Shown in pieces: positions 35,444 to 44,487 of a DNA stretch of 52,568 nucleotides. The notes under the pieces were generated by a model. The model searched no databases and was not told where the DNA came from. It was given only the letters and a program-made list of their open reading frames with translations. A program made the position numbers and the translations under genes. Position 1 is the first letter of the stretch; each line of letters begins with the position of its first letter. Source of the stretch: an uncultured Caulobacterales bacterium (GTDB taxonomy: Bacteria; Pseudomonadota; Alphaproteobacteria; Caulobacterales; Caulobacteraceae); contig CAINOV010000318.1 in NCBI GenBank assembly GCA_903851655.1, positions 1 through 52,568 of the forward strand, given 5' to 3'.

Positions 35444-36289
35444 ATGCGCCTTCCGCCGCCCGTCGTGATCTTTCCCCTGGCCACGGCGCTGGTCGCCGTT
35501 CTGGCCCTCAATCTGCGCAGCCATCACGACGCGCCGGCGGTGGCTCCCCTGCCCCCCAACGCCCAGGCCCTGGCGGACCTGACGCAGATCGACTTCATGG
35601 CCCTGCGCACCCCGCCCCGGGACCGGCTGCGGCTGGTGCGCGGCGCGGCGGCGTCGGTGTCGGATCGCGGCGTCTGGGTCACGGAGGCCGGCGTAGTGGC
35701 GGGCTGTCAGGCGCCCATGATCATGGCCACGCCGCTCCGGGGCCTGCCCGCCCGGGTCGTCGGCGGCGCGGTCGCCGGGCTGGCGGTGCTGACCACCACC
35801 GCCGGGGCCCCCGCCCTGCCCCTGGGCGATCACGGCCTCGCCCCGGCGGAGCGCGCCTTCGCCCCCGGCTTTCCGCGCCAGGGACCGGGTGAGCTGACCG
35901 GCAAGAAGCTGTCCGACCGGACCGGTGCCGCCGGCGCGGACGTCTATGCGGAAACCGGCCGGACCGATGGTCTGGGGGACGCCGTGGGCAGCGGGCTGAT
36001 GTCCGTGGCCGGCGCCCCGGTGCTGGACGAGGCCGGACGGCTGGTGGGCGTCACCGTGAAGGAGGCGCCGCGCCGGGGCGTATGGCTCGCCCGGCCCCTC
36101 GACAGCCTGCGCAAGGCCCTGACGGCGGCCCGGATCCCGCTCCCGGTCGGGGCGGAGGGTCGCCCGGTGACGGTGGACAATTACGGGATCGTCGCGGACA
36201 CCCTGCGGCTGAACGGCACGGTGTCGGCGGTGGTGTGCGCCGATCCGCCGGACTGGCGTCTCAGCGTTCTTCGTGAAATCGGTCGTTGA
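35444..36289 (+). CDS. Membrane-anchored hypothetical protein, possibly a degenerate trypsin-like fold
   Basis: N-terminal anchor MRLPPPVVIFPLATALVAVLAL. It starts 7 nt after the DUF350 stop and shows strong third-position GC bias. VAGAPVLDEAGRLVGVTV resembles the GxSGGPxxDxxGxVVGV block of S1 proteases, with Ala at the Ser position. Confidence 0.55.
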   Translation: MRLPPPVVIFPLATALVAVLALNLRSHHDAPAVAPLPPNAQALADLTQIDFMALRTPPRDRLRLVRGAAASVSDRGVWVTEAGVVAGCQAPMIMATPLRGLPARVVGGAVAGLAVLTTTAGAPALPLGDHGLAPAERAFAPGFPRQGPGELTGKKLSDRTGAAGADVYAETGRTDGLGDAVGSGLMSVAGAPVLDEAGRLVGVTVKEAPRRGVWLARPLDSLRKALTAARIPLPVGAEGRPVTVDNYGIVADTLRLNGTVSAVVCADPPDWRLSVLREIGR

Positions 36290-36542
36290 TCAGCTGGACC
36301 AGGGCCTCGACCGCACTCTCGGCCTCGGGCCCTTCGGCGGAGATCTCGATGGAGGAGCCGATGCCGGCGGCCAGCATCATCAGCCCCATGATCGACTGGG
36401 CGTCGACGGTCTGACCCTCGCGGCTGACCTTGATCTCGGCGTCGAACTGGGCGGCGGTCTTGACGAACTTGGCCGACGCGCGGGCGTGCAGGCCCCGCTC
36501 GTTGATGATCTCCACCTCGCGCGCCACGCGGACGTCGGTCAT
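36261..36542 (-). CDS. ptsH: HPr/NPr family phosphocarrier protein
   Basis: 93 aa with the active-site region NERGLHARASAKFV and a regulatory Ser region (QSIMGLMML). Confidence 0.9.
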   Translation of the reverse strand: MTDVRVAREVEIINERGLHARASAKFVKTAAQFDAEIKVSREGQTVDAQSIMGLMMLAAGIGSSIEISAEGPEAESAVEALVQLINDRFHEER

Positions 36543-36943
36543 TTCTCCCCCGACAGCACATAGGATGCGACGCTGATGTACTTGCGCCCGGCGTCCTGGG
36601 CGGCGGCCACGCAGACGGACAGGGGCTCCCGCCCCCGGACGCTGGCCAGCTTGATGAGCATCGGCAGGTTGAGCCCGGCGATCACCTCGGCCTGGGTCTC
36701 GTCCATCACCGATATGGCGAGGTTCGACGGCGTGCCCCCGAACATGTCGGTGAGCAGGATCACGCCCTCCCCGGTGTTGACCGACAGGGCCGCGCGCACG
36801 ATGTCGCCGCGGCGACGCTCCATGTCATCGTCCGCACCGATCGAAATGGCGACCAGCTGTGACTGAGAGCCGACCACATGCTCCATGGCCGCCACGAACT
36901 CTTCCGCGAGGCGTCCGTGGGTGACGATCACAAGACCGATCAT
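36539..36943 (-). CDS. PTS EIIA component, mannose family
   Basis: From ATG 36943 after GAGGAAGG: MIGLVIVTHGRLAEEF (active-site His), LTDMFGGTPSN. Its stop overlaps the HPr start. Confidence 0.85.
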   Translation of the reverse strand: MIGLVIVTHGRLAEEFVAAMEHVVGSQSQLVAISIGADDDMERRRGDIVRAALSVNTGEGVILLTDMFGGTPSNLAISVMDETQAEVIAGLNLPMLIKLASVRGREPLSVCVAAAQDAGRKYISVASYVLSGEK

Positions 36944-37047
36944 ACCTTCCTCTGGGAGGACATCCCCCACCCGTTCCGGAGCCCCATCCCCAAGGTTCCG
37001 TTCCGGTGCTTTGATACGCCGGATATCCGGTCTGTCAAACAGGGACG

Positions 37048-37488
37048 TTACGGCAGGGCGGCAAGGTGATTGACGCGCCAAACGGCGGACGCCTCGCGGG
37101 GCGCCACGCGCGCCAGCGGCAGGGGCGTGCCCAGGACCGTGAGGACGCCCGGATCCGGAACCCGCTCCAGATCGTCGCCGGGCGCCAGGCAGTCGATGCA
37201 GAGGTGGATTTGCGACCAGGCGCGCCATCGGTCCTGGGACGCCACCCCCTGGCCGCGATGCTCCAGCAGGCCCGCCAGGGCCGTCGGCGCGCGGCCGTAG
37301 ATGCGGCCGCCATCGCTCCATACCAGGACCCGGTCATCGGCCACCAGCCACCAGCCGTCCGCGATCATCCGCAGGGCCAGATCGCTCTTGCCCACGCCGG
37401 ACGGACCGCGGAGCAGGACGCCGCGCCAGTCGCCCTGGTTCAGCCGCGCCAGAAGGGTCGCGTGCAGCACCGGCGCGGAGGGGGTCAC
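37048..37488 (-). CDS. hprK: Short (C-terminal-domain-only) HPr kinase/phosphorylase
   Basis: 146 aa with P-loop GPSGVGKSDLAL and ADDRV. This is the truncated form typical of alphaproteobacteria. The GTG start overlaps the chvG stop. Confidence 0.85.
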   Translation of the reverse strand: MTPSAPVLHATLLARLNQGDWRGVLLRGPSGVGKSDLALRMIADGWWLVADDRVLVWSDGGRIYGRAPTALAGLLEHRGQGVASQDRWRAWSQIHLCIDCLAPGDDLERVPDPGVLTVLGTPLPLARVAPREASAVWRVNHLAALP

Positions 37489-39110
37489 GTGCGCCGTTCC
37501 GGGAACGTGACGGTGAACCGCGCGCCCAGCACGGCGCCGTCAGGGCCCAGCCGGTTCTCCGCCTTGATCCGGCCCCCATGGGCCTCGACGATCTGGCGGG
37601 CGATGGAAAGTCCGAGGCCCGAATTGCCGCCAAAGGCCTGGCCCCGAGGGCGAGCGGTGTAGAACCGCTCGAAGATCGTTTCCAGGTTCTCGGCGGGAAT
37701 GCCGGGTCCGTCATCCTCGACCCGCACCACGGCGGCGGTGCGGCCCGCGCGGTCCGCAGGCTCCCGGGTCAGGCGGACGCGGACGCCGCCGCCGGGGGGA
37801 CTGAAGCTGCGGGCGTTGTCGATCAGGTTGCGGAACACCTGGCCGAAGGGGGTCTCCCGACCGCTGATCTGCACGGCGTCGCCGCCGGTGGGCAGCTCCA
37901 GGCTGACGCCGGGCGCCTCGCTGGTCGTCTCCAGGGCGTAGGTCCCGACAATGTCCGTCAACAGCCGGTCCAACGCCACCGCGCGCGGCGCCTCCCGGGA
38001 CAGTTCCGCATCGATGCGGGACGCGTTGGAGATGTCCGTGATCAGCCGGTCCATGCGGCGGACGTCGGACTTGAGAATTCCCATCAGCCGGGTGCGGATG
38101 GGGGAGTCCGGCGGCGCCATCTCCAGCGTCTCCACCGCCGAGCGGATGGAGGTCAGGGGGTTCTTGATCTCGTGCGCCACGTCCGCCGCGAACCGGTCGA
38201 TGGCGTCCAGCCGCCCCGAGAGGGTTTCGGTCATGCTCTCGAGGGACCGGGTGAGGTCGCCGAGCTCGTCCCGGCGCGAGGCCAGGTCCGGCAGGGACAT
38301 GGCCCGGGCGCGGGCCAGGCGGACGCTGTCCGCCGCCCGGGCGAGGCGCAGGACCGGGCGCGCCACCAGCCGATCCAGCAGCACGGCGGACACCAGCATG
38401 ACGAAGATGGCGATCAGGATGAAGGGCGCCATGGTCATCCGCTGGGCCGCCACGATCTCGTCGACGCCGCCCGCCTCCACGGTCAGCACGCCGAGCACCC
38501 GCTGCACGTTCTGGATCGGGATCGAGACGCTGACCAGCCGCCCGCCGGTCTCGGACTCGCGGACATGGGCGACCTTGCGCCCGGCCAGCGCCTCGCGCAC
38601 CTCCGCCTGCTCCGCGGCGTGGGCGGCGGCGGCGCGGCGGGTCTCGCTGTCCGGCCCCTGCAGCCATGGGACGCCCGGCGCCCGGGCGGGCTTGAGCTTG
38701 CGCTCCAGCACCCGGTCGGCGATCAGGTCGGTGTCGGCCAGCAGCTTGCCGCTGGCGTCATAGAGGCGCGCCCGCTCCGACGCGGGCAGGCCGAGCAGGG
38801 TCAGGACGGGCACGGCCAGATCCGGGTTCAGCCGCGGCTCGGGCTCGCCCTCCGTGGCGGCGTTGACAATGGCGTAGGAGAGCAGCTGGCTCTGGGTGGT
38901 CAGGCTGTCCAGCCGGGCGGTCACCAGACCGCGGCGGAACTCGTTGAACACCAGGGCGCCGGCGATCAGCACCACCATGCCCAGCAGATTCAGCAGCAGG
39001 ATCAGGCGCCCCAGCCGCGACCCCGTCAGGGGAATACGGTCGGCGGCCCTGCGGCCCCGCGCCTGAGGCCGTGCGGACTCAGGATTCCCGATATCGGTAG
39101 CCAACGCCAT
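37485..39110 (-). CDS. chvG: Sensor histidine kinase ChvG/ExoS/BvrS type
   Basis: Two TMs flank a periplasmic domain, followed by HAMP. H-box [17 protein letters not shown] box [12 protein letters not shown] boxes DDGPGI and [11 protein letters not shown]. Confidence 0.85.
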   Translation of the reverse strand: MALATDIGNPESARPQARGRRAADRIPLTGSRLGRLILLLNLLGMVVLIAGALVFNEFRRGLVTARLDSLTTQSQLLSYAIVNAATEGEPEPRLNPDLAVPVLTLLGLPASERARLYDASGKLLADTDLIADRVLERKLKPARAPGVPWLQGPDSETRRAAAAHAAEQAEVREALAGRKVAHVRESETGGRLVSVSIPIQNVQRVLGVLTVEAGGVDEIVAAQRMTMAPFILIAIFVMLVSAVLLDRLVARPVLRLARAADSVRLARARAMSLPDLASRRDELGDLTRSLESMTETLSGRLDAIDRFAADVAHEIKNPLTSIRSAVETLEMAPPDSPIRTRLMGILKSDVRRMDRLITDISNASRIDAELSREAPRAVALDRLLTDIVGTYALETTSEAPGVSLELPTGGDAVQISGRETPFGQVFRNLIDNARSFSPPGGGVRVRLTREPADRAGRTAAVVRVEDDGPGIPAENLETIFERFYTARPRGQAFGGNSGLGLSIARQIVEAHGGRIKAENRLGPDGAVLGARFTVTFPERRT

Positions 39111-39813
39111 ACAGGGTCTCGATCGCGTCGAATTCGTTGTCGACCTGACGGAACTTCTTGCGCATCCGCTTCACGTGACTGTCGATCGTCCGGTCGTCCA
39201 CATAGACCTGATCGTCATAGGCGGCGTCCATCAGGTTGTCCCGGCTCTTCACGAAGCCCGGCCGCTGGGCCAGGGACTGCAGCAGCAGGAATTCCGTGAC
39301 GGTCAGCTTCACCGGCTTGCCGTCCCACAGGCAGTCGTGGCGGGCGGGGTCCAGGGTCAGCTTGCCCCGCTTCAGGGCCTTGGAGGCCGCCGCCGCCGCC
39401 GCCGCCGGACCGGCGGCCCCGCCCAGCTCCAGCTGGTCCTCCGCATCCTCGGGCCGCGCGCGGCGCAGGACGGCCTTCACCCGTTCGATCAGCAGGCGCT
39501 GGGAGAACGGCTTGTGGATGTAGTCGTCCGCCCCGAGGTTGAAGCCGAGGATCTCGTCGATCTCCTCGTCCTTCGAGGTGAGCATGATCACCGGAATGGC
39601 GGAGGTCTGGCGCAGGCGGCGCAGCAGCTCCATCCCGTCCATCCGGGGCATCTTGACGTCGAGGATCGCCAGATCCGGCGGATCCGACTCCAGCGCCGCC
39701 AGACCGGACGCGCCGTCATAATAAGACATCACTTCGTGACCGTGGCTTTCCAGCGCCAGGGACACCGAGGCCACAATGTTCTCGTCGTCGTCTACAAGTG
39801 TGATCTTCGCCAT
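39079..39813 (-). CDS. chvI: OmpR-family response regulator ChvI/BvrR type
   Basis: [13 protein letters not shown], phospho-acceptor context [13 protein letters not shown], and [27 protein letters not shown] winged-helix C-terminus is present (YGVGYRY). An Ala-rich linker is unusual. Confidence 0.9.
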   Translation of the reverse strand: MAKITLVDDDENIVASVSLALESHGHEVMSYYDGASGLAALESDPPDLAILDVKMPRMDGMELLRRLRQTSAIPVIMLTSKDEEIDEILGFNLGADDYIHKPFSQRLLIERVKAVLRRARPEDAEDQLELGGAAGPAAAAAAASKALKRGKLTLDPARHDCLWDGKPVKLTVTEFLLLQSLAQRPGFVKSRDNLMDAAYDDQVYVDDRTIDSHVKRMRKKFRQVDNEFDAIETLYGVGYRYRES

Positions 39814-39901
39814 ATGCTCGCCGTCTCGGGAGGTCGTCTGAGGGGCCGCCAGTGGACCTTGTCAGGACCATCGTTGCCACAATCATCGACGTGATGGGGG
39901 A

Positions 39902-39916
39902 TTAAGTCGCATTTAA
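39902..39916. promoter_or_regulatory. Perfect TTAA-N7-TTAA (CtrA-type) box in the chvI / orphan-gene divergent spacer
   Basis: TTAAGTCGCATTTAA read directly from the sequence. It lies 27-41 nt upstream of ATG 39943 (plus strand) and 89-103 nt upstream of the chvI ATG (minus strand). Confidence 0.45.
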
Positions 39917-39942
39917 GCCAATTCGGCGACTGTCTGGAGACC

Positions 39943-41658
39943 ATGTCAAACGCTCAGGTCCATTTCGAACTCTTCATTCGGCGAAACGCCGCCGAGGGTT
40001 GGAGTCTGCACCTCGCCAGCGAGGACCGGCAGTCCTGTCTCGAAATGGCCAAGGAGCTGATGACCGGCCGCAAGGCCGTCGCCGTCCGGGTGACCAAGGA
40101 AACCCTGGACGAGGAGACCCGCGGATACCGCTCCAGTGTGATCCTGTCCGACGGGATGGTCGAGATCGTCAAGGCGAAACGTCCCCGGCTGGAGGACGAA
40201 ACGCCGCTCTGCGTCGCCCCGGCGGACCTTTACACGGTGCATGCCCGGGATGTCATCAACCGCCTGCTGGACGGCTGGCTGCGACGCAAGACCGTGACCG
40301 CCTTCGAGCTGCTGCACCGTCCGGACCTGGTGGAGCAGCTGGACGCGTCCGGCGTGGAGATCCAGCACGCCATCCAGAAGATCGCCATTCCCGAGGCCCA
40401 GGCCCGGGGCATTTCGGTGCACCAGCTGATCCGCGGGTTCCAGACCCTGGTGGAACAGGCGATCGAGCGGGTGGTCAAGGACGGCCGCAAGAAGACCTTC
40501 GCCCAGATCACGCCGCAGACCTTCGCCGCCGTGCTGACCTCGCTGCAGGACCATCCGGACCGGAGCTATCTGCTCGGCGGGGGCGTCGCCCACTATCTTG
40601 GGGGGGCGACCAACTGGCCGGACAAGCTGGGGCGGCTGCTGGACCTGGCGGACGCGGCGCCGGCCATGGGCAAGCCCCGCGCCATCGCCTTCTTCGTGCT
40701 GGAGCAGGTGCTGACGGAGATGCTGAGCTCCCGGCCGGCCATGACCGCCTTTCTCAGCCCGGCCACGGATCTGGGGGCGCAGCTGGGGGCCATGGTGCGC
40801 CTCGCCGCCGATGACGTGGTGGAGGCCGTAGCCCGCGCCGACTCGCAGATCCCCACCCTGATTCCGCGGCTGGAGGGCCAGACCGCGCGCCTCGGCGCCC
40901 ACCTCGCCGGCGACGCCTTCATGACCGTGCGGATGACGGTGATCAAGCGGGTGATCCACGAGCTGTCCGGTCCCCGTCGCCTGCGGCCCGACGACGCCCA
41001 GGGCGAGATCCACATCCTGCGCGCCCTGGCCATGATCCTGTCGGCCGCCTCCGGCCGGCTGGTCAGTCTCGAGGACGTGGAGGCCGCCGTCACGGAGCGC
41101 TCCAAGAGCCTGGTGACCGCAGATTTCGTCAACAGCTTCCTGAAGTCCTCTCCCACCGCCCTGGCCGAGGCTGCGGCCCTGGTCCGCCTGGCCGACAATG
41201 TCACCGGGACCAGCAACAAGCGCGAGGCCGCCCGCTGGGTGGCGTCCATCGTCGGCGCCCTGAAGTTCGAGCGGGAGCTGCGCTCGGCGACGGAATCCCC
41301 CATCGCCAAGCTGACCACCCTGGCCGACCTGCAGCGCTCCCTGCGCAAGGCCGGCCTGACCGAGGGCGACGCCCTGAGTTCGATCACCAAGATCGGCGAG
41401 ATCGGCGGCCTGATCGAGGCGGACGTGAAGCTGGTCCAGGCCATCGCCCGGTCTCCGGCCCCGGTGGTCCAGAGGCTGGTGATCCTGCTGCGCATGGCCT
41501 CGGGCGACACTGCGCCGCTGGGTCCATGCGCTGACCGGGCCAAGGCCGAGGTGCTGCGTCAGCTGCGCGCGCCGGAGGTCCGCTCCGCCCTCGCCGCGTC
41601 GCCGCAGCAGTTCGAACAGGTTCGCGGGCTGATGAGCGCCATCGGCCTGGCCGCCTGA
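39943..41658 (+). CDS. Hypothetical protein (571 aa, predominantly helical, no family recognised)
   Basis: Long ORF with strong third-position GC bias and non-repetitive, balanced composition. No TM segment or signal peptide seen. All antisense ORFs here are Arg/Gly/Pro-rich mirror artefacts. Confidence 0.6.
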   Translation: MSNAQVHFELFIRRNAAEGWSLHLASEDRQSCLEMAKELMTGRKAVAVRVTKETLDEETRGYRSSVILSDGMVEIVKAKRPRLEDETPLCVAPADLYTVHARDVINRLLDGWLRRKTVTAFELLHRPDLVEQLDASGVEIQHAIQKIAIPEAQARGISVHQLIRGFQTLVEQAIERVVKDGRKKTFAQITPQTFAAVLTSLQDHPDRSYLLGGGVAHYLGGATNWPDKLGRLLDLADAAPAMGKPRAIAFFVLEQVLTEMLSSRPAMTAFLSPATDLGAQLGAMVRLAADDVVEAVARADSQIPTLIPRLEGQTARLGAHLAGDAFMTVRMTVIKRVIHELSGPRRLRPDDAQGEIHILRALAMILSAASGRLVSLEDVEAAVTERSKSLVTADFVNSFLKSSPTALAEAAALVRLADNVTGTSNKREAARWVASIVGALKFERELRSATESPIAKLTTLADLQRSLRKAGLTEGDALSSITKIGEIGGLIEADVKLVQAIARSPAPVVQRLVILLRMASGDTAPLGPCADRAKAEVLRQLRAPEVRSALAASPQQFEQVRGLMSAIGLAA

Positions 41659-41674
41659 CGCAGGGCCGGCCCCC

Positions 41675-43732
41675 TCAGACCGTGACCTGGGCGCCCAGCT
41701 CCACCACCCGTCCCGGCGGGATGCGGAAGAAGTCGGTGGGATTGGCGGCGTTGCGCATCAGGAAGATGTAGATCTTGTCCTGCCACATGGGCATGCCCGA
41801 CTGGGCCGACGGCACCACCGACCGGCGCCCGAGGAAGAAGGACGTGGCCATGATGTCGAACTTCAGGCCGTGCCTGCGGCACAGGCCCAGCGCCTTGGGC
41901 ACGTTCGGGCTTTCCATGAAGCCATAGGTGATGACGAGCTTCTTGAAGTCGTCGCTCACCGGCTCGATCCGGATGCGGTCGCTTTCGGGCACCCGCGGCG
42001 TCTCTGCCGTCAGCACCGTCAGGATGATGTTCTTCTCGTGCAGCACCTTGTTGTGCTTCAGATTGTGCATCAGCGCCACCGGCGCCACGTCGGGGTCGGA
42101 GGTGAGGAAGATGGCCGTGCCCGGCACCCGGTGCGGCGCCCGGGCCCGGAGCATGTCGATCAGGTCGGTCAGGGGCACCGAGTCCCGACGGGTCTTGTCC
42201 GTCAGGATCTGGGTTCCCCGGACCCAGGTGGCGATGATCGCGAACAGGATGCCGCCCAGGGTCAGGGGCAGCCAGCCGCCGGTGGCGATCTTCAGCCCGT
42301 TGGCGAAAAGGAACACGCAGTCCAGGCTGATCAGGGGCGCGCACAGGGCCCAGCCCATCCACCGGCTCCAGCCCCACATGTGGCGGATGACGATATAGGC
42401 GAGAATGGTGGTCACCAGCATGGTTCCGGTCACCGCCAGGCCGTAGGCGTCCGACAGGTTGTCCGAATTCTGGAACACCAGCACCAGCGCCAGGACCCCC
42501 AGCATCAGCAGGCCGTTGATCTGGGGAATATAGATCTGGCCCGACTGGGTCTCGGAGGTCCGGCGCACGTCCATCCGCGGCAGCAGCCCCAGCTGGATCG
42601 CCTGCTGCGACAGGGAATAGGCGCCGGTGATCACCGCCTGGCTGGCGATGGCCGAGGCGAACACCGCCAGCACCACCAGAACCAGCCGGAAGGCCGGCGG
42701 ACACATGACGAAGAACCAATCCTGGCTCTCGAAGGCCACGTGCAGGGCCCGGGACTGGGCCAGGGCGTGCAGGGCGTAGGCGCCCTGCCCCAGATAGTTG
42801 AGCGCCAGAGCCGGCAGCACCAGGAACAGCCAGGAGGCCTGGATCGGCCAGCGGCCGAAGTGGCCCATGTCGGCGTACAGGGCCTCGGCCCCGGTGACCG
42901 TCAGGAACACCGAGCCCAGCACCAGCAGGCCGACGATCCCGTGATGGATCAGGAAATCCACTGCGAAATGCGGGCTCAGCGCCATGAACACCTTGGGCGA
43001 GTCGGCGATGTGCGCGACCCCCAGCAGGGCGATGGCGAAGAACCACACCACCATCACCGGCCCGAACAGCCGCGCGACGCTGGCCGTGCCCCGGGACTGG
43101 ATCAGGAACAGACCGATCAGGATGAAGAATGACGCGAAGGTGATGATCTTCGGACTGGCCAGGTTGGCCAGACCGGGCACGTCATGCAGGCCCTGGAACG
43201 CGCCGAGCACCGAGATGGCCGGGGTGATGATGCTGTCCCCGTAAAACAGGGCCGCGCCGACCACGCCGAGCACGAACACCAGCCGGGTCCGCTGACCCAG
43301 CGCGCGCCCGGCCAGGGCCATCAGGGACAGCACGCCGCCCTCGCCCTTGTTGTCGGCGCGCATGACGAACAGCACGTACTTGACGGTCACCACCAGGAAC
43401 AGCGCCCACAGGGCCATGGAGACCACGCCCAGGATCGAGGCGTCCGTCATCCGGTCCTTGGCCGCCTGCACCATGGCGGCCTGGAAGGCGTAGAGCGGGC
43501 TGGTGCCGATGTCGCCGAAGACCACCCCCACCGATCCCAGGGCCAGGCTGAGCACCGCCGGGTTGAACAGCCCGCCGGCCTTGCCCGCGGTCCCGTGTCC
43601 GTGCCCGTCCCCGTGGCTGGGAGCGGCCTCCTGCGAGGGCGCGCAAGGCTCCGCCGCGGCTCCGCCCGGTTGCGTGGCGTCCACAGCAGGCGCGACCTCG
43701 ACCGAAGCAGCGCCAGAGGGCTTGGCAGCCAT
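41675..43732 (-). CDS. kup: KUP/HAK/KT potassium transporter
   Basis: From ATG 43732 after GGAGGA. LGSVGVVFGDIGTSPLYAF, VTGAEALYADMGHFG and a cytoplasmic C-terminal domain. A His/Gly-rich N-terminal extension is present. Confidence 0.9.
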   Translation of the reverse strand: MAAKPSGAASVEVAPAVDATQPGGAAAEPCAPSQEAAPSHGDGHGHGTAGKAGGLFNPAVLSLALGSVGVVFGDIGTSPLYAFQAAMVQAAKDRMTDASILGVVSMALWALFLVVTVKYVLFVMRADNKGEGGVLSLMALAGRALGQRTRLVFVLGVVGAALFYGDSIITPAISVLGAFQGLHDVPGLANLASPKIITFASFFILIGLFLIQSRGTASVARLFGPVMVVWFFAIALLGVAHIADSPKVFMALSPHFAVDFLIHHGIVGLLVLGSVFLTVTGAEALYADMGHFGRWPIQASWLFLVLPALALNYLGQGAYALHALAQSRALHVAFESQDWFFVMCPPAFRLVLVVLAVFASAIASQAVITGAYSLSQQAIQLGLLPRMDVRRTSETQSGQIYIPQINGLLMLGVLALVLVFQNSDNLSDAYGLAVTGTMLVTTILAYIVIRHMWGWSRWMGWALCAPLISLDCVFLFANGLKIATGGWLPLTLGGILFAIIATWVRGTQILTDKTRRDSVPLTDLIDMLRARAPHRVPGTAIFLTSDPDVAPVALMHNLKHNKVLHEKNIILTVLTAETPRVPESDRIRIEPVSDDFKKLVITYGFMESPNVPKALGLCRRHGLKFDIMATSFFLGRRSVVPSAQSGMPMWQDKIYIFLMRNAANPTDFFRIPPGRVVELGAQVTV

Positions 43733-43949
43733 GAAAATCCTCCGAAACCAGGACACGCCTGGCGATTTCCCGCGGGTCCCACCCCCGGAATGGGAGTCGC
43801 AGCCGGACAGCAAAGGCGGCGCGGGATACTCCCTTTTTTCGCCCTGTTCAATGCTGCTCACATTGCGGCGGGAAAGGACAGGCCCCGCTTGTCCATTGAA
43901 TGATAGGGCGAAGGGATTAAGTCTTCCGTCGGTATCATGTGAAGAAGAG

Positions 43950-44369
43950 ATGTCTGACAGCCAACGATTCCCCGTCGCCGCCCATGCGCTGGCCTATCTG
44001 GCGCACATGCGGGCCTATGCGCCCGAGCAGGCGGTGTCCAGCGCGGCCCTCGCGGCGTCGATGGCCACCAACCCCGTCGTCGTGCGCCGCGTCACGGCGA
44101 TGCTGGCCCGCGCCGGACTGATCGGGACCCGCACCGGCGCGTCCGGGGGCGCCTGGCTGCTCCGCCCGCCGCAGGAGATCCGGCTGGGAGAGGTGCTGAA
44201 GGCCGTCCACGGCTTCGCCCATCTGGGCTGCCCGCCGCCGGGGGCCGAAGGCTGTCCGGTGGGACAGCGCATCCCCCGTCAGGTGTCCCGCGCCATCGCC
44301 GCCGCGGACCAGGCCGCGTCGGAACGGCTGGACGGGATCACCGTGGCGGAGCTGCTCGGCGAGGGCTGA
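43950..44369 (+). CDS. Rrf2 family transcriptional regulator
   Basis: This is the C-terminal 139 codons of track ORF 43503..44369, from ATG 43950. AHALAYLA...VSSAALAASMATNPVVVRRVTAMLARAGLIGTRTGASGG is the Rrf2 winged helix. Two Cys lie in HLGCPPPGAEGCPVG. Confidence 0.8.
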   Translation: MSDSQRFPVAAHALAYLAHMRAYAPEQAVSSAALAASMATNPVVVRRVTAMLARAGLIGTRTGASGGAWLLRPPQEIRLGEVLKAVHGFAHLGCPPPGAEGCPVGQRIPRQVSRAIAAADQAASERLDGITVAELLGEG

Positions 44370-44413
44370 CCGATTTTCCCGCAGCTGCGGCCTTGAACCC
44401 CGAGACGCGGCCC

Positions 44414-44444
44414 CCAGATATCTGGAACCGCAACTGTTGCGGTT
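44414..44444. promoter_or_regulatory. Two adjacent perfect palindromes, candidate operator (or weak terminator) between the Rrf2 and flavodoxin genes
   Basis: CCAGATATCTGG (44414-44425) is followed directly by AACCGCAA-CTG-TTGCGGTT (44426-44444). This is about 45 nt upstream of ATG 44488. Confidence 0.35.
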
Positions 44445-44487
44445 TTAGAATTGAGCCGGGCCTTCGCCCGCACCCATGGAGAGACCC

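Noticed and set aside
33565-35511. 648-aa minus-strand ORF spanning the orphan / KdoO-like / DUF350 genes.
   Set aside because: It has a mirror-frame composition (Arg/Gly/Pro/His-rich). The plus-strand genes have recognisable KdoO and DUF350 patterns and proper ribosome-binding sites.
43733-43949. Possible riboswitch or structured leader upstream of kup.
   Set aside because: I could not find any conserved riboswitch core or convincing extended pairing. The spacer also has to hold the divergent Rrf2 promoter.
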